Shown here in pieces: positions 20,875-31,568 of a DNA stretch of 64,000 nucleotides (positions are counted from its first letter, which is position 1; the number at the start of each line of letters is the position of its first letter). The notes under the pieces are model-generated. The model did not search any database. It saw only the letters and a list, made by a program, of their open reading frames with translations, and was not told where the DNA came from. Both the position numbers and the translations under genes were made by a program. This DNA is from an uncultured Thermoleophilia bacterium (lineage in GTDB: Bacteria > Actinomycetota > Thermoleophilia > UBA2241): the NCBI GenBank assembly GCA_963832655.1, contig CAWHUW010000005.1, forward strand, positions 342,359-406,358, written 5' to 3'.

Positions 20875-21673
20875 TGCGAGCCCCCTGCTCGTCGCCTGCT
20901 GCGACACCCGCGGACCCCAAGTAGAGCCTGACCACGTCGCGATTGGCCACCGCGTCTTCAGGACTACCCTCGAAGATCTTGCCGCCCTGGTGCATGATCA
21001 TCACGCGGTCGGACACACGCATGAGGATGCTCATGATGTGTTCCACCAGGATCACCGTGACGCCGGTCTCCTTGACCTTCGTCACGTAGTCGATCAGCTG
21101 CCAGCCCTCGCTCTCGGTGAGCCCGGCTACGGGCTCGTCGAGCATGAGGATGGTCGGCGAGGTGGCGAGGGCGGCGGCGACCATGAGCCGCTTGCGCTCG
21201 AAGTCCGAGAGCAGGCTGGCCAGCGTCCCCATGCGCTCGCCGAGCCCGAGTACCGCGGCCAGCTCATATGCCCTGTCGATCTCCTCCGGAGCGAAGCTGA
21301 GCCGCGCTAGCCTTCGGCCATGGTGGCCGAAGTGCAGCCCGGCCAGGATGGTTCCCAGCACGGTCTGCGAAGGCAAGATCGCGGCGACCTGGAAGGTGCG
21401 CGCGATGCCGCGCTGGCAAATCGCCGCCGCCGTCATCGTCTGGATCTCCTCGCCTCCGAAGCGCACGACGCCGGCGGTCGCCCGCAAGTGCCCCGTGACC
21501 AAGTCGAACAGCACCGTCTTGCCGGCCCCGTTGGGTCCGGCGATGCCGAGCGTCTCGCCCTCTCGCACCGCGAAGCTGAGGTCGTTGACGGCGGCGAGCG
21601 CGCCGAACTGCTTCGTCAGCCCCTCGACCTCGAGGATCGACGACCCGCCCGCGCTCGACTCCGTCACAGCCAC
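20867..21673 (-). CDS. ABC transporter ATP-binding protein (LivG family)
   Basis: Walker A GPNGAGKTV and Walker B LMLDEPVAGL, with the LivG-type C-terminal extension. Confidence 0.9.
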   Translation of the reverse strand: MAVTESSAGGSSILEVEGLTKQFGALAAVNDLSFAVREGETLGIAGPNGAGKTVLFDLVTGHLRATAGVVRFGGEEIQTMTAAAICQRGIARTFQVAAILPSQTVLGTILAGLHFGHHGRRLARLSFAPEEIDRAYELAAVLGLGERMGTLASLLSDFERKRLMVAAALATSPTILMLDEPVAGLTESEGWQLIDYVTKVKETGVTVILVEHIMSILMRVSDRVMIMHQGGKIFEGSPEDAVANRDVVRLYLGSAGVAAGDEQGARNA

Positions 21674-22992
21674 GGCGGTAGCACGAACTGCCCCTGCGTG
21701 TACGGATCCGGGAACATGAGCACCTGCTGGCCGTCCTGGATCTGGAAGGTCAGGTTGGGCATACCCAGGCTGGTGTCCATCGTGTAGATCTCCGGGTCTG
21801 TCGTGCCCGGATACGAGAGCGCCGTCAGGTACTTGGGGCTGAAGTTATACGTGCCGCAGACGCCGCGGAACGTGTACCCCTTGAGCATCTCGATGACCTT
21901 GGCGTGGTCGTCCGGGTCGCCCGCCCGCGCGGCGGCAGACCACCAGAGGAAGACGGCGTCGCGCTGGGCTCCGGCGAGGCTCAGGCCAGGCGCCTCGTTG
22001 AACTTGGCCTCGAAGTCCTTCTTGTACTGCTCGCCGATCGCGTCGGGGATGATCCCGATGGTGGTCGACCAGATCACGCCGTTGGACGCGTCCCCGGTCA
22101 GCTTCAAGTACTCGGGGACCGACGGCCCGTACTGCTCGTAGAGCAGCGACGGGGTCGGGTCCGCACGGAACTGCTTCGTGAACGAGGCGAGGTCGCCGAC
22201 GATGTAGTCGGCGTGGAAGACGACGCCGGGCGGATCCGCGCGGATCTTGGCCAGGATCGGGCCCCACTCGGAGAGCGGCGCGTTGACCTTCTCGTAGATC
22301 GGGACCTTCCAGCCCTTCGCCTCCATCGCCACCTTGAACTGCTCGGCGATGTTCAAGGAGTAGGCGTCGAGGCTCGTGATGATCGCCGCGGTCTGCTTGC
22401 TCGGAGTCCACTGCTTCGTGTCCTCGAGGGTCGTCAGCAGGCTGGCGAAGGTCGGGCCGTACGGGATCTCGGTCGGGCAGATCTGGAAGATGCTGCCGCG
22501 TGCCTCAAGGTCTTTGGCGACCCACTTGGCATTTGCCATGAGCGTGTTGTTGTGGAACGCCGGGATACCCGCCTCGACGATGGCCGGGTACTCGGCGCTG
22601 CTCGTGGTCGTGTAGCCCATGAAGAGGGCGGCGGGATTGCCGCTGAGGAGCCGCTCAACGGCGTTGACGACCTTGTCCGTCGAGAGATCCTCGATATCGC
22701 CGATCTCGACCGTCAACTCCCTCCCGAAGAGCCCGCCGAGAGCATTGACTTGGGCGATGCCCATCTCGACGCCCATCTTCATCTGTGCGCCGTCTCCGGC
22801 GCCCCAGCCCGTCAAAGGATATGCCGCGGCGAGCTTGATCGGCTCGCCCTTGGCTGCCGTGCCCCCCGTCTCCTCGTCTTTGGGGGCAAGGCTGTACCCT
22901 GCGATCCCACCTATGGCGAGGCCCGCGAGACCCGCTCCGCCCGAGACCACGAGCTCTCGGCGTGTCATGCCGTCTTGTGACTTCTCACTCAT
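21664..22992 (-). CDS. ABC transporter substrate-binding protein (type I periplasmic binding fold, amide/urea/branched-chain family) with a Tat-like signal
   Basis: MTRRELVVSGGAGLAGLAIGG twin-arginine-like signal followed by a PBP1 fold translation. It is the first gene of the importer operon. Confidence 0.85.
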   Translation of the reverse strand: MSEKSQDGMTRRELVVSGGAGLAGLAIGGIAGYSLAPKDEETGGTAAKGEPIKLAAAYPLTGWGAGDGAQMKMGVEMGIAQVNALGGLFGRELTVEIGDIEDLSTDKVVNAVERLLSGNPAALFMGYTTTSSAEYPAIVEAGIPAFHNNTLMANAKWVAKDLEARGSIFQICPTEIPYGPTFASLLTTLEDTKQWTPSKQTAAIITSLDAYSLNIAEQFKVAMEAKGWKVPIYEKVNAPLSEWGPILAKIRADPPGVVFHADYIVGDLASFTKQFRADPTPSLLYEQYGPSVPEYLKLTGDASNGVIWSTTIGIIPDAIGEQYKKDFEAKFNEAPGLSLAGAQRDAVFLWWSAAARAGDPDDHAKVIEMLKGYTFRGVCGTYNFSPKYLTALSYPGTTDPEIYTMDTSLGMPNLTFQIQDGQQVLMFPDPYTQGQFVLPPWL

Positions 22993-23097
22993 CAGCGCAT
23001 CCCCCGATCGGTGACGTTCCGGTGGAACGTGGCCGACAGTGACATCAGGCGCGGGGGACGGCGCCGCAAACCCCCTTCGCATTGCGCCATGTCGGCC

Positions 23098-23117
23098 TAG
23101 TTCGAACGTTCGAACTA
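23098..23117. promoter_or_regulatory. Perfect 20-bp palindrome, candidate TetR operator in the divergent promoter region
   Basis: TAGTTCGAACGTTCGAACTA equals its own reverse complement. It lies in a locally AT-richer stretch between the SBP start (22992, minus) and the TetR start (23182, plus). Confidence 0.45.
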
Positions 23118-23181
23118 TACGGCCGGATGGTACCGCAGTAACATTCGCTGTCAAGGCATGTCTCGATGAGAGGGAGGGGGG

Positions 23182-23904
23182 TTGGACTCAGTCAGCCAGC
23201 CCGAAGGTGCCTTCACGAAGGAGTTGCCTGGAATCGCCGCACGGGTGCGCGACGCCGCCAAGCGGATCCTCGCTCGCGACGGCTTCAGCGGCGTCACCAT
23301 CAACTCGGTCGCCGAAGAGGCCGGCGAGTACCGGACGGCAGTCGCCTACTACTTCGGCGGCAAGCGCGGTCTTCTCGAGGCCGTGGCGGATTCCATCACG
23401 CCGTACGAGGCCTGCGTCGAGGCCGTAGCGCGGTGCGACGCCCTTCCCCCGGGGCCTGAGCGAGTTGCGGCCCACGTCTCGGCACTGCGTGCAATGGCGG
23501 AGGACCAGGAGTCCTTTCGGGCCTTCTTCGAACTGTTCCCCCACCTCCTTCGAGAGGAGGGCCTGCGACAGCACTTTGCGGACCTCAACGAGTGGTACAG
23601 GGCACTCGATGTGCGCATGCTCGGCATCACGCCACGAGATCCTGAGGAGCTCAGATACGTAGCCTCGATCCTGGTCGCCTCCGTGGATGGTCTTGCCTTC
23701 CAGGCCTGCCTCGACCCAGATCGCGTCGACCTCAAGAAGGCCTTCGCCGTGCTCGAACGTGCCGTCACGGCGCTTCTCCCGACCCTCGCGGCCGCCGAAC
23801 CTGTGGAGCCTGTCGACGCCGGCGTACCGCCCAAAGCCGCCACCTCCAGGCCCGGGGCAGCCTCGTCTCGACGGCCGTGGCATTCCCAGGACGGCCAAGC
23901 GTAG
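23182..23904 (+). CDS. TetR/AcrR family transcriptional regulator
   Basis: HTH segment ITINSVAEEAGEYRTAVAYYFGGKRGLL. TTG start is preceded by GAGGGAGGGGGG. Confidence 0.85.
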   Translation: MDSVSQPEGAFTKELPGIAARVRDAAKRILARDGFSGVTINSVAEEAGEYRTAVAYYFGGKRGLLEAVADSITPYEACVEAVARCDALPPGPERVAAHVSALRAMAEDQESFRAFFELFPHLLREEGLRQHFADLNEWYRALDVRMLGITPRDPEELRYVASILVASVDGLAFQACLDPDRVDLKKAFAVLERAVTALLPTLAAAEPVEPVDAGVPPKAATSRPGAASSRRPWHSQDGQA

Positions 23905-23968
23905 GACCCTCGGCAGAGAGGCGGCCGGCAATCAGGGCGTCGTCGCCGGGCATCTCCTGGCTTCTAGC

Positions 23969-25000
23969 TGTTCTGCATCACGAGGTTGTTGACCTGAGCC
24001 TGCTCAGCGGTGTGTCGCCTTCCAGACCGCCGTGTGGTCGGTAGCCATTGTAGTAGGCAAGGAAGCCCGGCAGGGCGGCGATCCGTTCGGCGGTCGAGTG
24101 CTAGGGCCGCTTGTAGGCCCAGCCGTTCTGGACGATCTTCACGAACGCCTCCGCCTTGCCGTTCGTCTGCGGCCGGTAGGGCAGCGTGTGCCACAGCCTC
24201 AGACCTCGCTCCCGGGCTGCCGCCGCGAAGCGGTGCGCTCGGTAGCAGTTGCCGTTGTCGGTCAGCAGGCGACGCACCGCGATGCCATGGCTCTCGAAGA
24301 AGGCCAGGGCACGTTCCAGGAAGGCGACCGCCGTCCCGGCGCGCTCGTCGGCGAGCTCCTCGGCGTAGGCGAGGCGCGTGGCGTCGTCGACGGCCACGTG
24401 GACGTAGTCCCAGCCGATGCCGCGGTGCGTGGTCTGCGCCTTGTAGTCGGCGAGGCGGCGGCCGCCGCCGGGGCCGATGCGGGCGAGGCGCTTGGTGTCG
24501 AGGTGCACGAGGTCACCGGCGGCCGGCCAGCAGTAGCGCACCACGGCCTCACGCGGCTCGAGGAGGCGCAGGCGGTGCAGCCCGCGGCGGCGCAGGGCGC
24601 GGTAGACGGTCGCCGACGCGAGGCGGGTCCGCCAGGCGATCCAGGCGGGGCCGCGGCGCTTGCGCAGACGCAGGAGCACGACCTTTCGCAGCAGACGGCC
24701 GACCACGCGCAGGGCGATGCGCAGCGGCCGCGAGGAGCGATCGAGCAGGCCGGATGCGCCCTCGGCCCGCCAGCGGGCCAGCCACTTGCTCGCCGTCTGG
24801 CGGCTGACGCCGGCGGCCGCGGCGGCCTCACGGATGCTCCAGCCCTGCACCTCGACCCGCTTGCAGAGCAGCAGACGGCCGTGCGGGGTCAGTCTCGCGT
24901 TACGATGCGCCATGAGGGCTCTCCTTCGGTTCGGGTCTTGGACAACCACAAACCGATAGGCAGAGCCCTCACTCTGTCAACAACGTGGTGACTCAGAACA
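23969..25000 (-). mobile_element. IS481-family insertion sequence (1032 bp)
   Basis: Imperfect 25-bp terminal inverted repeats, TGTTCTGCATCACGAGGTTGTTGAC and TGTTCTGAGTCACCACGTTGTTGAC (21/25 identical). Flanked by TCTAG repeats at 23963-23967 and 25001-25005. Contains a single DDE transposase gene. Confidence 0.8.
23978..24913 (-). pseudogene. IS481-family DDE transposase interrupted by an in-frame TAG
   Basis: MAHRNARLTPHGR N-terminus with HTH, then the DDE core (HLDTK..., HVAVDD..., TDNG...). TAG at 24101-24103 sits where the family has Tyr (WAYKRP*HSTAERIAALPGFLAYYNGYRPHGGL). The same frame stays open to TGA 23978. Confidence 0.8.
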
Positions 25001-25001
25001 T

Positions 25002-25806
25002 CTAGACCGCCACCGGCACCAGGTACACCGGGCAGGGCGACGACTCGAGCAGGGCGCGCACGACCGGGGCGCGGTCCTTCGCGAGGCTGCCGCGCCACGA
25101 GATGACGACGAGCTCGGCGTCGAGATCGCGGACCTCGCGGATGATCGCCTTCGCCGGGTCGCCGACGCGCACGCAGACGCGGTGCCGTCCCCCCTCGACG
25201 CACTGCGAGAAGCGCATCGTGAACTCCTCCTGCCAGGCAGCCCATTCGTAGTGCTCCTGGTCGACGATGCGCGGCGCCGGCAGGCTGCCGGGCTCGAGGG
25301 GAGAGTCGCTCGTCACGACGTGCAGCATGACGATCTCGCGTCCGCGGGCGCAGAAGGCGTCGTCGGCGTGCTGCATGGCGGCCGACGCCGACGGGCTGCC
25401 CTCGAGCGGCACGACGAGCCGGCGCAGGCGGTCGACGGCCCGCATGCCGGGCCGCACCACAAGCATCGGGACATCGAGGCGGTCGAGAAGGGCGAGCGCG
25501 ATGCGGCCGATGCCGGGGGCGGGCGTGGCGCGGGCGCCGAAGGCGACCGCGGCCACTCCCGCCATGGCGAGGCGGCCGACCTCCGCCGTGACGGCGCCCT
25601 CGGCCTCGAGCAGCTCGACGCCGTTGAGATCGAGGCCCTCGAAGGAGGCTGCGCGCCCGGTCGGCGCCTGCGGCTCGCGGACGTGCACAGCGCGCAGAGG
25701 CCAGCCGGCGGCCGCGGCCGACGCCGCGGGCTGCCTGCAGCAGCTCGGCGTCGCCCGGGCCGCCGCTGAGTGCGAGCAGCAGGGTCACTGCTTCTCCTTG
25801 GCCCAT
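25002..25806 (-). pseudogene. Tandem universal stress protein (UspA family), one frameshift
   Basis: ATG 25806 has a GGAGGTG RBS and gives MGQGEAVTLLLALSGGPGDAELL. The frame changes near 25715-25740 into ORF 25002-25688 (VVPLEGSPSASAAM..., GDPAKAIIREVRDLDAELVVISWRG). Confidence 0.65.
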
Positions 25807-28800
25807 CGGCCACCTCCGCTGCGGGTGAAGACATGGCGGCCGGGAGCGAGCGTCCGCTCCTTGCCGTCCAGCACGACGCGCACCGGCGCCTGTTCCACGG
25901 TTATACCCAGGCGTTCGGCACCGCGGGGCCGGCCGCGTTTCACCTCGACCTCGAGGCGCGCGCCGCGGAACCACAGCGGCACGCTGAACCGGCGCCACTT
26001 GGGCGGCAGCGCCGGCTCGACGGCGAGCGCCTCGCCCCGCCGCCGGATGCCGGCGAAGCCCATCACCGCGGCCTGCCAGAGGCCGCCCATGGCGGCCATG
26101 TGCAGGCCGCGGGCGGCGTTGCCCATGTTGTCGGCGAGGTCGATCGCCGCCGCCATGGCGAAGTCCTCGAGCGCGGTCTGCATGTCTCCGAGGCGCGCCG
26201 CCACGGCGGCGTGCGATGCCGGGCGAGAGCGACGAGCCGTGGCAGGTGATGGGCTCGTAGTAGTGCGTAGTTGGCGCGCGTCACCTCGAGGGGGATCTCG
26301 TCGGCGAGCGCGTGGCAGAGCATGACCACATCGGACTGCTTGACCACCTTCGACATGACCGTCACGTCACGGCCGAGCAGCAGGTCGGCGGCCATCGGCC
26401 GCGGGCGCAGCTTCTCGATGGGGACCTCGTCCATGTCGTGGAACCCGGCGAACTGCTCGTAGATCAGCGTGTCCGGGTCGAAGCCGTCGACGAGCGCGTC
26501 CGCGACCTGGGCCCACTGCGCGAGCTCGCGGTCCTTCAGACCGAGCCGCTCGCGCAGGGCCCGGGCGCGCGGCACGGTCCTCGGTCTCGAGCCACTTCAG
26601 CGCTTCCGCCGCGCGGCGCATGTTCCAGCGCGCGAGGACGTTGGTGTAGGCGTTGTCGTCGACGCCCTCGTGGTACTCGTCCGGGCCGACGACGACGCGG
26701 ATGTGTCGCCGCCCGTCGGCGTCGCGGCTCGTGCGCGAGACCCAGAAGCGCGCCGTCTCGAGCATGATCTCGACGCCCATCGTGGCCATGAACTCGTCGT
26801 CGGCCGTCCCCTTCCAGTACTCCCAGACGGCCCACGCGACGTCGGCCGAGATGTGGTGCTCCATGAGGCCCGAGAGGATGGGGATCATGTCGCCGTCGGG
26901 CCCGAACCCGTACGGCGGCGTCGTCTCGACGCCCTTGTCGGCCGACTCCCAGGGGTAGAGCGCGCCGCGGTGCCCCATCAGCCGGGCCTTGGCGCGCGCG
27001 CCGTCCAGGTTGCGGTACCGGTACGCGAGCAGCGTGCGCGCCGTCTGCGGGTGGGAGTAGATGAAGAACGGCAGGACGAAGATCTCGGTGTCCCAGAACA
27101 CGTGCAGGAAGTAGGACATGCCGCCGAGCCCGCGAGCGCCGATCGAGACCCGCTCGTTGGTCGGATGTCCGGTGCTGACGAGGTGGAAGATCGAGAAGCG
27201 GAGGGCGCGCTGAGCCTCGTCGTCGCCTTCGACGACGAGGTCGGCATCGCGCCAGCGCTCGCGCCACGCCGCGCTGTGGCGCGCGAGGAGCTCGTCGAAG
27301 CCGAGCGTCTCGGCCCGCGCCAGGGCGCGGCGGGCGACGTCCGGCGACGGCACCCGCGGTGCGCCGCGCGACGATCGCCGCGAGGCGGTCGACGGTCGCC
27401 GGCTCTCCGGGCTCGAGGCGGCCGCCGATGACGTCGCGCGCCTGCTGCACGCGGCGCGCGATGGGCGACCCGGCCGTCGGGCGCGTGGTCACCGCGAGCG
27501 CGTGGCCGCCGCCGGCTCTCCCCTTGGAGAGCCGATGAAGCCGGGCTCGTCGCCGAGCGCCTCGAACGTGGTCTCGCGAGTCGGCCCCCCGGCGTGGCTC
27601 ACACCGATGAGGCCCTCCCAGACGAGGTGCCCGCCGAAGTCCTCCGGTACGGCCTCGGCGCGGATCGCCATGACCGCGCGATCGTCCATCGAGGCGAAGC
27701 GCGCCGTGCGCACGGCGATCGTCCGCCCCGCGCCGTCGCGCTGCCGCCAGAAGCGGTAGACGACCCCGTTGCGCATGTCGAGCACCCGCTCGTGGTCCAG
27801 CACCTCGCCGTTGCTCAGCGTGAGCCGCATGTCGCCGATCTTGAGGCGCAGGCCGAGCCAGTCCGGCGCCGGCACCGGCTGGCGAAAGCGCGGCTCGCCG
27901 GTGCCGTCGCCGAAGACGCCGGCGACGAAGGTCGCCGGCGTCGAGACGGCAGAGCCCTCTTCGAGCGAGCCGCGCGTCCCCGTGGCGCCGTTGGCGACGG
28001 TGAGCCACGTCTCGACCTCGCGCTCGCGGAAGGGGTCGAAGCCGGGGACGATGAAGCGCCAGGCCGGGTCCTGCGACCGGCACCGGGAACGCGGCCCGGG
28101 CCCGGCGGCCGCGGCGCGCGATCTGCTCCTCGAGCACGGCGAGCAGGCCGGCCGAGCCTCCGCCCAGGGCCTGGACCTTGGGCGGCAGCTCGACGCCGAG
28201 CTCGCCGACCGACACCACGGTCGCGCGCCGCAGCTCGGGGATCACGAGCGACGGGTCCGGCGCCGTCCGCCCCGGCGCGTCGCCGAAGCGCGGCCGCCAG
28301 CGCCAGCAGGTCCTCCGGCCGCGCGGCCGCGCCCGGCGACGAGGTTGCGCACGACGTAGCGCAACGCGTCGGCCTCGTCGACCAGCCCGATCTCGACGTG
28401 AGTCGGCCGGGCGGCCACGCTGACGTGCGCGAGGCCCGCCTCGCGGGCGAGGTCACGCGCAAGCGTGGCCGCGGCGCCTCGTCCGGCAAGCCGCGCTCGC
28501 CGAGGCGCGCGCCGCCGTCGCCTCCAGCTCTCTTCGTCGTGCGTCTCGCCCAGCGACCGCGGCGACGCGGACGATGCGCCGGTCGGCGGGGGCGAACGCG
28601 AGGTCGGCGGCGGCACCGGCGGCGGCCAGCCGGGCGCGCAGCGCCTCGGCCGCCGCCGTGAGCGCCGCCGCCTCGTCCGCCGACGCCTGCCGGCGCTCGA
28701 GCAGTCGCGGCCCGGTCGGCCCGACCACGTACGCCTCGGCGCCACGCGAGAGGAGGAGGAAGAGGCGACCCTCGACGGGCGGCCGGGCGCGCAGGAGACC

Positions 28801-29045
28801 GTCGACGGACGCCGACCCCTTCGTCGGCGAGCACGGCGACGTCCACGCCGAGCGCGGTCAGGCGCTCGATCGCGCTGCAGAGCGCCGGCCGCACCGAGCG
28901 CGCGGGCCACGTCGTCACCGACCTGCGCCTCGCGCGAGTCGGCCGTGGCGGCGCTCCCAGTCGACGGCCACCACCGCGAAGTCGCGGTCGAGGGCCTTCT
29001 CGGCCGCCGCCACGCCACGCGCCCGCTCTCGTCCGTCGCCGCCAT
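25785..29045 (-). pseudogene. HAD-like domain / glycoside hydrolase family 65 (kojibiose-trehalose-maltose phosphorylase type) protein, at least 13 frameshifts
   Basis: A colinear GH65-type translation can be followed only by switching frames repeatedly. It runs from the HAD-like N-terminus (DFAVVAVDW, GRLFLLLSRGAEAYVV, HVEIGLVDEAD) through the GH65 N-domain (WRFIVPGFDPFREREVETWLTVANG). It continues into the catalytic domain (RFSIFHLVS, FWDTEIFVLPFF, GALYPWES, GPDEYHEGVDDNAYTN) and the C-domain (HMAAMGGLWQ). Confidence 0.8.
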
Positions 29046-29193
29046 GCCTCGCGGCGTCCTTCCCCTCCGGCGCGCACGCCGTCCTGCTGCGGGTCCGCCT
29101 CCGCGGATGCTACACGGTAGACTACTCGGCCGAGGAGTCGAAGCCGCGGAGCCGCGCCTGCATCCGCGCCGCCGGAACGAAAGGAGATCGTCG

Positions 29194-30485
29194 ATGACGC
29201 AGTTCGACGTCGCCTGGGTGCGCGGCCAGTTCCCCGCCCTTTCGCGCACCATCAACGGGCATCCGGTCGCCTACCTCGACGGCCCCGGGGGGACGCAGAC
29301 GCCGCAGCGCGTCCTCGACGCCGTGCGCGACTACCTGGTCGACCACAACAGCAACACGCACGGCTTCTTCGCCACCACCGAGGAGACGGACCAGATCATC
29401 CTCGAGGCCCGCGCGGCCATGGCCGACATGTTCGGCTGCTCCCCGGACGAGGTCTCGTTCGGCGCCAACATGACGACGCTGTGCTTCATGCTCGCCCAGT
29501 CGCTCGGCAGCAGTCTCGGGCCCGGGCGACCAGGTGCTGATCACCGAGATCGACCACGAGGGCAACCGCGGCCCGTGGCTGCGGCTCGCCGAGCGCGGCG
29601 TGCTCGTGCGCGAGGTCCCCGTCCACACGTCCACCTGCACGCTCGACATGGAGGCCCTGGAGCGCATGGCGCACGAGGGCCGCACGCAGGGTCATCGCCG
29701 TCAACTACGCCTGCAACGCGGTGGGCACGATCAGCGACGTCAAGCGCGTCGCCGACGATCGCCCGCACGCGTCGGGCGCCTTGTCGGTGGTCGACGCCGT
29801 GCACTACGCGCTGCACGGGCCGATCGACGTCAGGGAGATCGGCTGCGACGTGCTGCTCTGCTCGGCCTACAAGTTCTTCGGGCCCCACATCGGCGTCATG
29901 TACGTCCGCCACGACGTCGCCGAGCACATCGACGCCCTGCGCCTGCGGACGCAGGAGCCCGACGCCGCCGGACAAGTTCGAGACCGGGACGCTCGACCAC
30001 GAGGGGATCGCCGGCACCGCCGCCGCCGTCGACTTCATCGCCGAGATGGGCCGCCGGCACCTCGATCTCGGTCGACGGCCGACCTGCCCGCGAGGGCTCA
30101 GCGGCCGCCGCCGCGAGATCGTCGCCGGCATGCTCGCCAACGAGGCCTACGAGCAGCCGCTGGCGCGCTACCTGATCGGCCGAGCTCGCCGACGACGCAC
30201 GGCGTCACCCTCTACGGGCCGCCGGCCGGTCACCCGCGCACGTCGACCGTATCGTTCACCATCGACGGCTACACGCGCGATGGAGGTCGGCGCGTAGCGC
30301 TGGGCGAGCGCGGCCTCTTCGTCTGGGACGGCCACTTCTACGCCGTGCGCCTCGTCGAGCGCCTCGGCCTGATCGAGCGCGGCGGCCTGGTCCGCGTCGG
30401 CCTGTGCCCGTACACGACGCGCGAGGAGCTCGAACGGCTTCATCGTCGCCGTCCGCGGGCTCGCGACCTCGCTGATGACCGCTGA
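29194..30485 (+). pseudogene. Class V aminotransferase, cysteine desulfurase-like family, at least 4 frameshifts
   Basis: ATG 29194 has an AAAGGAGA RBS. The translation MTQFDVAWVRGQFPAL... VLITEIDHEGN... DAVHYALHGPIDV..CDVLLCSAYKFFGPHIG... FETGTLDHEGIAG... FVWDGHFYA is spread over three frames, with shifts near 29520, 29690, 29960 and 30180. Confidence 0.75.
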
Positions 30486-31568
30486 CCGTAGGACGTCCGA
30501 GATCCGCCAGCACCGTCAAGCTCTGCCTGCTCGGCTTCGGCAACGTGGCGCGCGGTCTCTGCGCGCTGCTCGCGACAGCAGGAGCGCGCGCTCGCCGACG
30601 AGCACGGCCTGCGCGTCGTCGTGACGGGCGCCGGGACGCGGCGCGGCAGCCTGCTCGCACGCGAAAGGAATGGAGCCGGCCGCGGTGCTGGCGGCGGCGC
30701 CCAAGGGGGCGCCGCTGCCCGAGCCGCCGCGGCCGGCCGCCGAGCTCCTCGCCGCCTCCGGCGCCGACGTGCTCGTCGAGCTCACCGTCATGGAGGAGGA
30801 CTTCGCCCCGGTCGCGACCGGCCACATCGAGACCGCCTTCGACCTCGGGATGGACGTCGTCACCGCCAACAAGGGGCCGATCGCCTGGAACTGGGGGCGC
30901 GTCGCGGCCAAGGCCGCAGAGACGGGGCGCCGCATCCGCTTCGAGAGCACGGTCATGGACGGTCTGCCCGTCTTCAGCCTGCTCGAGTTCACGCTCATGG
31001 ACTGCCGTCTGCACGGCTTCGACGCCGTCTTCAACAGCACGACCAACTTCATCATCGACGCGATGGCGCGCGGCGAGAGCTTCGACGGCGGCGCTGCAGG
31101 CACGCCCAGGACGAGGGCTTCGCCGAGGCCGACCCGAGCCACGACATCGACGGCTGGGACGCTGCCTGCAAGGCGGCGGCGCTGGCCAACGTGGCGATGG
31201 ACGCCGGCATCACGCCGGCGGACGTCGAGAAGCAGAGCCTGCGCGACGTGCCGCTGGCGCGCATCGAGGCGGCGTACGCCGCCGGCAAGCGCCTGCGGCT
31301 GGTCACGAGCGTGTGGCGCGAGGGCGCGGGCGGGTCGGCCGGCGCCGCGGCCGCGAGCGGCCGCCCGGCCGGCCCGGTCCGCGCCCGCGTGCGCGCCGCC
31401 GAGCTCGACATCGACCATCCGCTCGCCCCGCTCGGCGAGGAGTCGCTCGGCGTCGTCCTGCACACCGACCTCATGGGCGACGTGGTCGTCGCCGAGATGG
31501 GCGCCCTGGTGCCGCAGACCGCCTACGGGGTCTACGCCGACCTGCTGCACCTGTGCCGGAGGACCTGA
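30475..31568 (+). pseudogene. hom: Homoserine dehydrogenase-like protein, at least 4 frameshifts
   Basis: The segments VKLCLLGFGNVARG, VVTANKGP, FESTVMDGLPVF, FNSTTNFII, GFAEADPSHDIDGWDAACKAAALAN and LVPQTAYGVYADLL are colinear but lie in three frames. Confidence 0.7.

Noticed and set aside
24101-24103. In-frame TAG in the transposase as evidence for pyrrolysine decoding, given the MtmB homolog in the same window.
   Set aside because: The MtmB homolog itself has TAC, not TAG, at the Pyl-aligned site. No pyl genes are visible. TAG is used as an ordinary stop by several genes here (livM, livF, livG, USP, ABC-2 permease). The TAG replaces a conserved Tyr, which is one substitution away.
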